From assembly GCF_006345805.1 (NCBI RefSeq), contig NC_043000.1, forward strand, positions 105,214,001-105,278,000: a stretch of 64,000 nucleotides of DNA. Reading direction: 5' to 3'. Below the pieces are notes generated by a model. The model was not told where the DNA came from, did not search any database, and was given only the letters and a program-made list of their open reading frames with translations. The position numbers were made by a program, and so were the translations under genes. The DNA is from Octopus sinensis. Taxonomy: Eukaryota. Shown here in pieces: positions 14,070 to 25,330 of this stretch. The number at the start of each line of letters is the position of its first letter. The stretch's first letter is position 1.

Positions 14070-14560
14070 TGATTCTCAGTCGGTTTCGACGACGAAGTTT
14101 CAATTCTTCACTTACTACAGAATTAATTTAACTCACCATTCAACAGTCACGTGGAATTAATGTAATTCTCCGCTGGAATCAGCACGATGCAGTGTATGAA
14201 AAGGCTGTACCTTTTGAATTACAAGTACAATGGATTCGATGAGCTTCTATACAATTTTCCGTTGCTTATGTCTCAAGATATATGTCGACCCGAGTCTATA
14301 GAAAATTTTACCTGCCACGCAGTGCGATCGAGCCTGGGCCCTCGTGGCTGCGAAGCGGACTTCCTAATCGTTCAGTAAATATTGCACATAAGGTCAGTTT
14401 ACCGAATTCTGCGCAGGTTTATTCATTTTTGCCCGCTGAATGTACATGAATAATGGAAAATGGAGTGTTTTGATCAAGAACACAACGCCTCGCCAAGTTC
14501 TGGAATCGAAATCATAATCTATGAGTGCAGCACTCCAAACCACTAAGCCACGTGCCTAAC
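14070..14560 (-). mobile_element. Degenerate tRNA-SINE of the 17545 family, apparently interrupted by a CORE-SINE fragment (about 14240-14400)
   Basis: tcggtttcgacgacgaag...cacgtggaattaatgt matches the 3' end of 17545-17930; caagaacacaacgc...ggaatcgaaatc...aaccactaagccacg matches its head. Confidence 0.6.
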
Positions 14561-14679
14561 GCGCGCGCACATTCACACACACGCATAGTGTACTGTGCCA
14601 CTTTTGAAGGGATCAACAAAAAAATTACTCCATACGGCAAGAGATGAATACCATTTAGTATACACAAGATTTAAATATG

Positions 14680-15020
14680 GATCTCACCAACAAATTCAGA
14701 AGCTCTTTTCTTATCATAACGATCAGAGTGAGATTTCCGAGCTGCCCTACCTTCGTAAGACCCATCCAACTCTTTCCGAATCTTCTGCTCTGTCCTCAGA
14801 TTGACACCCAAACACTCTGAAATGTTTGTATTGGAGCTTCCGGCACGTTGCAGCATGTCGTTTCCAAATTTCTGGCAGAGTAAATTGCGTCGTGGTGCTG
14901 TTTCTCACACAGACGGTGTTCAACTGACCCTACTATACTATGTAGTCGACCAAATCAAAAACAATGCTCATGCGCGAAATTAGAAATATAAAATAGCGAC
15001 AATTTACCCATCGCACCCTG
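14680..15020 (-). mobile_element. Tc1/mariner 5' end: TIR plus N-terminal HTH remnant
   Basis: Reverse strand begins TA|CAGGGTGCGATGGGTAAATTGTCGC (TA target plus CAGGGTG terminus), followed by AGSSNTNISECLGVNLRTEQKIRKEL, an HTH-like peptide. Confidence 0.8.
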
Positions 15021-15045
15021 TATTTATACACGCAAACACGCACAC

Positions 15046-15078
<33 letters not shown>

Positions 15079-15152
15079 GCACACACACACACACACACAC
15101 ACACATGCCCGCATGCTTAAAATATATATAAACGTATGTATTTCTGAAATTT

Positions 15153-15323
15153 AGGTTTCAAACTTTGGCAAAAGGCCAACAATTTTACACGAAGTGTAAG
15201 TCGATTACATCGACCCCAGCACTTGACAGGAACTTATTTTATCGATCCCGAAAAGATGAAAGGCGAAGTCGATCTCGGTGGAATTTGAACTCAGAACATA
15301 AGGACTGACGAAATGTCGCTAAG
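15153..15323 (-). mobile_element. Meta/MESC-domain SINE (left arm of inverted pair)
   Basis: ttttatcgatcccgaaaagatgaaaggcgaagtcgatctcggtggaatttgaactcagaac. Confidence 0.9.
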
Positions 15324-15660
15324 AATTCTTGAACTTAACCACACTCTGCAAATGTGTACATGTGGGGACATGTGCTTGTTTGAGCTTGTGTATGTGTGTC
15401 TATGTGTGCACATGTATAGTACATATATATATATATATAATATGTGTGCGCGTATGTATTAATGTATGTGTGTATGTGTGTGTGTATGTGTGTGTATGCT
15501 CGCACCGAAAAAGAGTGGGAGGCAGCAATAGTGAAACTATTACATTCTTTCGCAGTATCACATATCTTACTTTACATGAAAAGTACAAAGTATTTGTTTT
15601 CCATGTGTGTGCAATATATACATAGATATATGCGTATATATATACAATTATATATATATA

Positions 15661-15706
<46 letters not shown>

Positions 15707-15721
15707 GTGTATATATATATG

Positions 15722-15773
<52 letters not shown>

Positions 15774-15833
15774 ATACATGTATTTGTACATATTTTGTGC
15801 ATTATTGATTATGTACATAATGTGTGTGTGTGT

Positions 15834-15884
<51 letters not shown>

Positions 15885-15906
15885 GCACAAATTTTGGAGT
15901 GGATTA

Positions 15907-16119
15907 AGGCGGCGAACTGGCAAAATAGTTAACCCGTCGGGCGAAAAGCTTAGAGGCATCTCGTCCGTCCTTACACTCTGAGTTCAACTTCCGCCGAGGT
16001 CGACTTTGTCTTTCAACTTTTCGGGGGTCGATAAAATAAGTTCCAGTCAAGTGCTGGGGTCGATATAATCGACTCACACTTTATGTAAAATTGTTGGCCT
16101 TTTGCCAAAGTTCGAAACC
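15907..16119 (+). mobile_element. Meta/MESC-domain SINE (right arm of inverted pair)
   Basis: aggcggcgaactggcaaaatagttaac...ctgagttcaacttccgccgaggtcgactttg...gtcgataaaataag. Confidence 0.9.
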
Positions 16120-16294
16120 TATATTTCAGAGTGGAGTACATTAATATAAAAGCTTTTGCATGTGGAGAGAGAACATATCTGAAATAGACTCCTACATGCT
16201 CACGTCATTTTACAGTTTGTAGAAATCAACTTTATCATATGATTTCTCTCTGGCATCCGCTGACAACGGAAAAACGAAGAGTATTTTTTTTATG

Positions 16295-16338
<44 letters not shown>

Positions 16339-16367
16339 TATATATATTATATATATATATATATATA

Positions 16368-16398
<31 letters not shown>

Positions 16399-16561
16399 TA
16401 CTAATATTCACACACATTACTTTTATATATGAGTATATGCCTCTCTGTGTGTGTATTTATATATATATCTATACAAACATACACATACATGTTCGCGTAC
16501 TATTTGTGTGCATGTAAGCTTGTGTGTATATTAAACATATAAACCATACATACATATATTT

Positions 16562-16634
<73 letters not shown>

Positions 16635-16668
16635 TATATATATAATATATATATATACATATTCGAAG

Positions 16669-16880
16669 ATATAGTTCAAATTCGCAGAAAACAAAAGTCG
16701 AAGACAGGTGTAGGAACAACAAGGGGGTGTATTGGTTTAACGCACGAGAAAAATGCTAAAGTCTTTGACGTTTCGAGCCTACGCTCTTCGACAGAAAGGT
16801 TTAAGAGGGGAAAATAAACAGAGAGAGGATGGAAAGAAAACGACTGAGAGAAAAGTATGTGTTGGGGTTAACGGTTCAAC
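16669..16880 (-). mobile_element. Short Penelope-like terminal-repeat remnant with minimal hammerhead-like motif (16763-16798)
   Basis: Reverse strand cttt-CTGTCGA-A-GAGC gtag GCTC-GAAA-cgTC-aaag; homologous to 46340-46490; next to (TA)n. Confidence 0.7.
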
Positions 16881-17544
16881 ATGATGAAATATATACGTTG
16901 CTTTCTGTTGAATGAATGATGAAGGAATTGAGTACTCAATACATGTTATAGAGGATCGACTTCCTATTGAAATTCGTGTCGGGAGACAGACAATCAGCGT
17001 CAGTTTAAATTTTGATAAATGCTTGTGTATAGGTGTGTGTACAAGTACATGTGTGTGTGCCTCTGTCTGTATGTCTGTAACTGAGCGCGTATATCTTACA
17101 GGCTGGCATTTCCATCTTAGAGCGCCGATCATCTAAGTATGCCAGGTATATTAACTTGAACATATTAATTGCAACAGTAGAAAGTTAAGTGCCATACCCT
17201 CTTCTGAGTTGTAGCGATACCAGTAAAAGTGTCACCTTCATGTGGGTGCTTATCTTGTGAAGGTGTTGGTGGCAGTGGTAGTGGTGTTTTTCAGCTCAAA
17301 ACAACCTTGTTCGTGTAGATACTGCTTAAAAATGCTGTAGTCCTGTTTAACTAGGCCTTTCTACGTAACCAGAGGCATATATATCTCCAACACTTTTCTC
17401 CCCAGCTAAGACCGCAGAGTATTATTATGTAGTCTCAAGTAGGTTGAACAACCACTTACGTTTATTTCTTCGTTAGCCCGCCTTCATTTTTATATGTGTG
17501 TGTGTATGTGCGTGTGTGGTGTGCATGTGTGTGTGTGTATGTGT

Positions 17545-17930
17545 GGAGGCGCAATGGCCCAGTTGTTAGGGCAGCGGACTCGCGGTCGTAGGATCGTGGT
17601 TTCGATTCCCAGACCGGGCGTTGTGAGTGTTTATTGAGCGAAAACACCTATGGCTCCACGAGGCTCCGACAGGGGGTTGTGGCGAACCCTACTGTACTCT
17701 TTCACCACAACTTTCTCTCATTCTTTCTTCCTGTTTCTGTTGTAACTGTATATCAAAGGGCCAGCCTTGTCACTCTCTGTGTCACGCTGAATCACCCCCC
17801 CCCCCCGAAATTATGTTAAGGGTACACGTGCCTGCGAAGTGCTCAGTCACTTGCACGTTAATTTCACGAGCAGACTGTTCCTTTGATCAGATCAACTGGA
17901 AGCTTCGTCGTCGTGACCGACGGAGTGCTA
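17545..17930 (+). mobile_element. Full-length tRNA-derived SINE, third family
   Basis: Head ggaggcgcaatggcccagttgttagggcagcggactcg...ggtttcgattcccagacc carries A- and B-box-like motifs, followed by a long non-tRNA body; degenerate relatives at 14070-14560 and 37165-37280. Confidence 0.85.
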
Positions 17931-17944
17931 CACTCATATATATA

Positions 17945-18306
17945 GGCGTAGTTGTGTAGCGAAAAGATTGCTTCCAATCCACACGGTTCGAGGGTCAGTC
18001 CCACTGGGTAGCACCTTGTGAGTGGATTTAGTAGACGGAAAGTGAATGAATCCGTCGTATATATATATACATATATAAATATATGCATATATCTATGTGT
18101 ATGTGTCTTTGTCTTTGTGTCTGTCTCCTACCGCCGCCTGACAATCGTATATGGACTCATTAGGTTGCCGTGACTTAGTGGTTCGACGTAAGATACCAAT
18201 TGTACCAGGCTTGAAGAAATACTGTGGTCGATTCGTTCAACTAAAACCTTCATGTCGATGCTGGGGCATCGCCATAGTCGAATGGCTGAAACAAGTACAA
18301 GATAAA
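17945..18306 (+). mobile_element. CORE-type tRNA-derived SINE with internal deletion
   Basis: ggcgtagttgtgtagcgaaaagattgcttcc...ccttgtgagtggatttagtagacggaaa...atggctgaaacaagt. Confidence 0.82.
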
Positions 18307-19388
18307 AATGTATGTGTATGTGTGTGCGTGTGTATGTATGTATGTATGTATGTATGTATGTATGTATGTATGTATGTATGTATGTATTGACACACATACT
18401 CATAGATGTGTAATCTAAAGCAGCACATGTCAGTTTTACTACATTCCTGCTACTTAACACTTCGGAGCATTTACGTCGACCTGTCAGAAGTAACAGCTGA
18501 ACATCATTGATATGACACTTACTATCTTTACAAGCATGAAAGACACAATGAATAACATTCCGTAACGCGAAAGTGTCGGTTACGGAAGGTTTGTTTTCTT
18601 GAAAATCTTACCAAAGCGTGGAATATCGTAGCACGAAAGTGCTTCTCATTGACTTGCTCGTTCAGTGACTTCCATGACACGAAAATCAATAGAAAATAAG
18701 ATCTTACGTTACGATTACGGCAAGATTTTTTTATGAACGTAATGTTTCCCTAATAAGGAAAATACTTATATTTCTAGATACACAATGACTGACAAAAAGA
18801 GGGATGGTTACGAGTGGAACGCTTTGACCATAGGTCGATTAAACCAAAAAAAAAAAGAAAAACAAATGGAAGAGCAGATTATATAATATAGTCCTAGATG
18901 CAATATGTCTGAAAAAATTCGCTAATGTGACTCAAAGTTTTTACTTGATTCTCGCCGAAGCATTGCTAGATGAATTTATAAATTATTCATATAAATTGAC
19001 TTGATTGTCCTGTGTTCTTTGTCGATTTCTAGAAGAAAGGAGTTTTAAAGAAACGGAAAGGAAAAAAGAAAGGAAGAAAAAGTAAATTGATTACATGTAC
19101 ACCACCACCTGTAAAACAATATGGCTGAAAGAAAGTACTTCTGGGAAGTGTTTGGTCTATTAAATATACATATAGGAGGACCTCCCTTACGTGATAATAG
19201 CTAGCTGAAAACTTAAATTAACTGTGATTATCTATGCAATTAGCAGAGAAAAACTCCGCCTAAAAACAATATTATCTAAAGCGTCCTTCCATCTTCTTAA
19301 CTAGTGAATGTGATTGAAGAAAGATTTGGATGATGGATCACAGCCACTCAAATTCCACTAACGGATCGAATGAACACGCGGCGGTTCT

Positions 19389-19495
19389 CTAATTGGCTTG
19401 GAAGGAATAAAGATACAATGGATTTTGGTTCTAGTCGCTAATTGTACTAGTAACTAATTGAGCTAATCTCTAATTGTAATTTTGGTTGCTAATTG
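19389..19495. promoter_or_regulatory. Homotypic cluster of five CTAATTG homeodomain-type sites (candidate enhancer)
   Basis: CTAATTG starts at 19389, 19438, 19454, 19470 and 19489 with differing spacers. Confidence 0.35.
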
Positions 19496-20333
19496 TGACT
19501 TTGGCCGCTTATAGTAATTTTGGCACTAAATCTGGTCCTAATTCACATGAAGAATTCAAATCATTCCAGTAATATTTCTGTTGTTAGAACTCCTCTATAT
19601 TTTTTTACCAATCTTCCACTCCGGCCGAAATATTACTGTAAACTTCCATTCCAGTATTTCATTGGGTTTGGAAATCCTGATAGCACTGACTTAATCTCCA
19701 AGACTTGGGTACCTCTGGCTCTCATGGAGCTCATCCACGTTTGACACTTATTGTTTTGTTTTCTTAATTCTGCTAAGTGCCCACAAACTTTCGATAATGA
19801 ACAAGCCTGGAAGAAGACTGATTTAATCGACCGTTATTTCAACAGGTAGTCCTGGATTACATGGATTACATTTGCTTTAGTTGCAACTGGTTCTGATGCA
19901 ATACAAATCAGGTCACCGGACATTAACACAATCTATGGTAGATTATCAAGCCAACGAGTAAGTATCTACACGATTAATCGACCAACGAGAAACAGTGAAT
20001 TGAACACATTTTTCTACAAATTCCACAATTCAGTCTAAAAAATGGAAAGGACACAGTAAATGATGTAGTCCTCGATGCACTTAGTCTGGAGAGAAAAAAA
20101 GACAGAAAACGTCCAAAGGAAAAACTGGAACATCAAGAACAAAATAACAACGAAAATAATCATAGCAACAATAAAGAGAATTTGTAGTTTAAATATTCAA
20201 CTGCTGTAAGACAGCTCAGAGAAATCGTATATGGAAACATGGGGGTAATATATTGCATAATCCAAAGGGAAATTTCAATTAAATGTTTTCGTAGGCATTC
20301 TATACCTCATCACTTCACTTATTTATCATATGC

Positions 20334-20393
<60 letters not shown>

Positions 20394-21426
20394 CCCTTAT
20401 CCAGGAGGCGACCATCTGCATGAACACATGTGTCTACGTTAAAAATAGAATTTCCCAGTGCCGTGTAATTGAAAAGAATACTCCATTGTTCCATTGTTTG
20501 TCATAGTAAATTTGACAAAACTAGGTTCAAACCTCCACACACATGCACATACACACACAAACATATACAGACGCAAGCACACGCACACAAACGCATACAC
20601 ACACGTACATACACATATACTTATACACACACACGCACGACAAACGTAGAGACTGGATTGTAATTAATCGTTTGACTTTTTAGAAACAACAACTTAAATT
20701 CCCTTAGGTCACATGTTACTAACCTAAAGTCAGAAAGACACACTTGGATATACTATGACCAAAACAAGAACGACAGACTAACCACGGATGGAGTACTTCG
20801 GATTATGCATGTTTCGGCTAATCATAACTAACCTTGGGGTGTAAACAACAACAAAATATATACCTACACACAATTCACGATCAGTGAATGGTAACTTGCT
20901 CTGTATTTCATGTTATTTCGACTCTTCTGACTCTGTGAGGTAATTTCCCCTCTTTCTAATTCTTCTACTCCTACCACGGCAGCCCTTGCTCAACATCTCC
21001 AGCCTACAGGATGTTTTCACCTCTCACGAGGACGATTGACAAAATAGTGAGAGCAACGAACAAAATACCGTATACTGTTTAGTTTCGGTACTTTTTGTTC
21101 TAATCTCACATCCAACAGAGGTCAATTTTGCCTTTCACAATCTCTGGGATGGACAAAATGAAGTACCAATCAAGAACAGAGTCGGTTTAATCGATTGCTA
21201 ATTGTATTATCCAATGCTTCTTCAAGAATGGGATTATGGACTGAGAATCCCGAATATATCTTCTTAATGATGGATGCGTTTTAAGGCGAACCCAAGTATT
21301 ATCAGATTTGAAATGTATAATGATGGAACCATACCGCACAAATTCAAAATTAAGCTGGACATGTGATGTGTCCGTCATTTTGCATCACGACAACGTGATG
21401 AAAACGATGGCGACGGCGACGTGGAC

Positions 21427-21593
21427 GAAGAAGAAGAAGAAGAAGAAGAAGAAGAAGAAAAGAAGAAAGAGAAGAGAAGAAGAAGAAGAAGAAGAAGAGA
21501 GAAGAAGAAGAAGAAGAAGAAGAAGAAGAAGAAGAAGAATAAGAAGAGAAGAAGAAGAAAAGAAAGAAGAAGAAAAGAAGAATAAGAAGAAGA
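21427..21593. repeat. (GAA)n polypurine microsatellite
   Basis: Direct tandem repeat. Confidence 0.96.
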
Positions 21594-22195
21594 ATTTTCT
21601 GTACCACTGTGCAGCGAAAGGAACTATTAACACCAAACACTTCATACCACACTTTGCTTAATTTGTAATCATTGCCGTTCTACTAGTGATGATTTTGCTT
21701 GTAGTTTTGATATTTGATTTTGGTACGTCTAGATATTGTAAGCGTCTTCATCCCCACCTTTTATGCCAGCTCATTTCACGATTTCACCAGTAATATAGAC
21801 TTGCCACAGTTTACTACTTTATCTGCCTCCATCATGTCTATGCTGCCAACTGGTATTAATTTCTAGGAGCAGGAATGACATAATTAAAGCCTTTATGTAT
21901 TGCTATGCGAGTGGGTTACCAGTGAATCATATGCTTCTCTCAACCTGTCTTCCATCGCACAACTAATTGTATGCACCTATCCATGTATTTTTACTAGAGG
22001 TTGTCTTCTTTGTTTGTTTGTTTTGTTTTATTTTGCTTTCTTTATGCCATCCAGTTTAGACTGTCCGACAACTCAACTGGATGTCGAGAAAATTCACTTC
22101 AACAGTCGATTTTATGAGCAAAATATGCTTTATACTCTACTGTGGTATTGAGAAAGTTTCCCCGCGTTTGTTAACCCCGATATATATATATATAT

Positions 22196-22328
22196 GTATA
22201 CTTAAATCATTTTATTAATTTCTTTCTAAATTAAAATGTCTTAAATTTACTTCTGTGCTGTTATTACGTCTATCTACTAACTTTGAATTGTATAGATCTC
22301 TAATCTTTTTCAACTATATATATCTATA

Positions 22329-22384
<56 letters not shown>

Positions 22385-22500
22385 GTTGAAAAAGATTAGA
22401 GATCTATACAATTCCAAGTTAGATAGACGTAATAACAGCACAGAAGTAAATTTAAGACATTTTAATTTAGAAGAAATTAATAAAATGATTTAAGTATACT
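22196..22500. repeat. About 120-bp inverted repeat around a (TA)n spacer
   Basis: gtatacttaaatcattttattaatttc...ctctaatctttttcaacta is followed after (TA)n by its reverse complement tagttgaaaaagattagag...aataaaatgatttaagtatac. Confidence 0.95.
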
Positions 22501-22513
22501 ATACATTATATAT

Positions 22514-22550
<37 letters not shown>

Positions 22551-22555
<5 letters not shown>

Positions 22556-22830
22556 TTATTACCGGTTTCGATGATGAATTTCATCTTATCAAATATTAAT
22601 AAAAATTTGGAATAGAAGTTAAGACAGTATGTATCAGTCTTCTGTTTGGGGTTTAGAATATGTCCGGAGTTTTTCCGTAAAGTCTTCTTTAAATAATTGT
22701 TTGTAAATTTTGGTATAGAGTTCAATGTGTTAGAGAGAAAGAGAGATGATGTAGTTGTCTATTGTCTAAAAGAAATTTCTGTGTGGGCTCCCACCGAGGG
22801 GTGGGGGCTTTAAGCATTATTGAATAGGTT
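22551..22830 (-). mobile_element. Penelope-like terminal-repeat fragment with hammerhead-like motif
   Basis: About 80 bp duplicated at 23311-23390; reverse strand TTGATAA-gatga...tcatc-GAAA-ccgg-TA. Confidence 0.65.
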
Positions 22831-22889
22831 TTATGTGTCAGCTGTGTGCGTGTGTGTATGTATTTATATATATATATATATATATATAC

Positions 22890-22940
<51 letters not shown>

Positions 22941-22951
22941 CATATATGTAT

Positions 22952-22982
<31 letters not shown>

Positions 22983-22984
22983 CA

Positions 22985-23039
<55 letters not shown>

Positions 23040-23116
23040 ATATACATAACATACATAAACATATATGTATATATTATATATATATATTCATATATATATA
23101 TATATATATATAAAGT

Positions 23117-23250
23117 ATAGGAAAAATGAGCTGAACGAAGATTTAACAAAGTTCCTGTATTTTATTTTCGACATATGTTTCGAAGTCTGCAAAGTCCCTA
23201 ATTCCGATTGAATAAGGAGTCCATTTTGCAGCTTTCTCTTCATAGAGTAT
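23117..23250 (-). mobile_element. Penelope-like terminal-repeat remnant with hammerhead-like motif between (TA)n tracts
   Basis: Reverse strand TGAAGA-g...ctgcaaa...tttgcag...c-GAAA-catatg-TC. Confidence 0.55.
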
Positions 23251-23258
23251 ATATATAC

Positions 23259-23311
<53 letters not shown>

Positions 23312-23581
23312 TTACCGGTTTCGATGATGAATTTCATCTTATCAAATATTATAAAATTTGGAATTAGAAGTTAAGACAGTATGTATCAGTTTTCTATACT
23401 TAATATATAAAACTTCCAATTTCTGCACTAAGGCACGATTTTATGCCCCATGGTCATAACTTCAACCGTGCTCTTTCTGTTGTGATTTTTGCTACCCAGG
23501 TATCGTTATCATTTGAATTATCCGTATAAGATAATTCATTTATTCTACTTCAATAATTATATATATGTATATTATATATTT

Positions 23582-23625
<44 letters not shown>

Positions 23626-23634
23626 GTATGTATG

Positions 23635-23665
<31 letters not shown>

Positions 23666-23719
23666 TGTGTATGTATGTATTTGTATGTATGTATGTATGT
23701 AGGTATTGGAAAAAGAATT

Positions 23720-25150
23720 AAGAACTGATGAAAAGTTTTTCCCGAATCAATAGTATTTTTTTTTCATGTGTCAGTTCTTATTTATTGATTGATAGTGCTT
23801 GGTTCTATATTCAGTTGTGGTTTATATTTGTTAATAAATTGACTTTAATTAGTCTTTGTTGTTTATTGAAAAAAATCTTAGCACTTGTAGAAAGGAAAGA
23901 TTTTGAAATTGGGTAAGTCCATTCCTGCACAGGTTGCGATGTGACTACTTAAAGGAATTTTCCTAGTGTTTTTGTTTCGGATCTGCTGCCGATGAGTCGT
24001 CATTCTCTTACCTAACTATCCGCCCGCCTGTCCTATGTAATTATGTAATGATCCTTTTGCATTTACGGATTTTTGTTAAATCATAAAACATGTTCGCTTT
24101 GCATTTGAAGTGGCATATATTGTCAATTTCTTTGCTGGTTAAACCTTTGTTATACTTCTTTGAAAGAGTTGCAAGGTTTACCATTATTTTTGCTTGTTTG
24201 TAGTGGGTTGCTTTTTCATAATAGTTGTTCTATAGTATTTTAAGTGCTAGGTCTTTATAGTAGTTTGTGTCCATGATACCGACAGCATTTCCTTTATCGG
24301 CTTCTTTAATAGTTATATCCGTATTTTCTTATAAGTCTGTAAGTTCTTCCATTCATGCTTTGTAAAGTTTAATTTAATGTTTCTATGTTCAATTTTTTCA
24401 AAGGGAAAATTCATAATGTATTCGCAATAGGAATCTAGTGCTTTATTTAAACCTGTATTTGGACAAAAATTGCTTTTGTTTCTGGCTAGTGATTCATCCT
24501 CATCTTTACAGAGTAATGGGCCAGCCTGAGTTTTCGACAGAATTCTGCAATGTCGTTTTTCAGCTAGGGGATGTTTGGTCTTTGTGGTGAGGGTGTAAAT
24601 TATTGCAGTCCCTTACATAGAATTTCTATTTGGGTGTCACTTAATGGTTATTTTGAAAGGTTAATTACTTTTGGTTTCTCGTGTAGAGGAGGTGGAGTAG
24701 CGTGTGTCATGGTATTTCTGTCTTTTTGCTAAAAAAGGAAAGTTACTTTGCGTTTAGTTGATATTTATTATCGGTCTCGTTTGAGTAGGTCTATAGGGTC
24801 GTTTTTTATGGTGAGTGTCTGAGTCTCTTCCAAAGGCCATTGTGTTTATGTTATAGTGATTGTGGTTCCGGTAAGAGTACTTGTTATGGTTATATTTTGT
24901 TAAGAGTCCTGATGTAGCCCTCAGTAATCCGGGTGTACCTCTTCCAAAGTTGATTTACGTCATTTCTGGATTTGGATTTGTGAAAGAAATTCTGGGGAAT
25001 GTTTGTGTTGTTGTGGTTGGGTGTGGTTTTCCTTTGGTTGTAGTTGATTATATTTGGTATGGGCTGGGGGGAGTTGTGTTTGTGGGTTAGGTGTGTTGTG
25101 TTTGATGGTTTGATTGCTTCTGTAGGGTTTTTAGACATGAATGTCTTCAC
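23720..25150 (-). mobile_element. Internally deleted, disrupted Penelope-like retroelement (RT N-terminus joined to GIY-YIG endonuclease)
   Basis: Reverse translation with frameshifts gives DIAEFCRKLRL...ITIKEADKGNAVGIMDTNYY...FYDLTKIRK (Penelope RT N-terminal motifs), then YIGQA...RMTTHRQQIR...HIATC...FKIFPFYK...KYKPQLN (GIY-YIG C-terminal half). Confidence 0.85.
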
Positions 25151-25159
25151 ACATACAGA

Positions 25160-25330
25160 TTTTAGCGTAGCGACTTTACTGTGAAAAGTTGCATTGACTT
25201 TTCTTCAATGTCACTCTGCATCCAGAAATCACATGAATTCAAATCTGATGAAGCAGAGGACAAGAACTTGCAATGACTCCAAACACCATTTCTTAGATTG
25301 GATTTTGTTTTGCTTAACAGCAGTAACTTT
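25160..25330 (-). mobile_element. Tc1/mariner transposase C-terminal remnant
   Basis: SSASSDLNSCDFWMQSDIEEK then VNATFHSKVATLKSV after a frameshift resembles the SPDLNP.D..W..(L)E third-Asp motif. Confidence 0.7.

Noticed and set aside
17545-17620. tRNA-like sequence
   Set aside because: It is the head of a SINE, continuing into a repeat body with no clean cloverleaf or terminator; the same applies to other SINE heads
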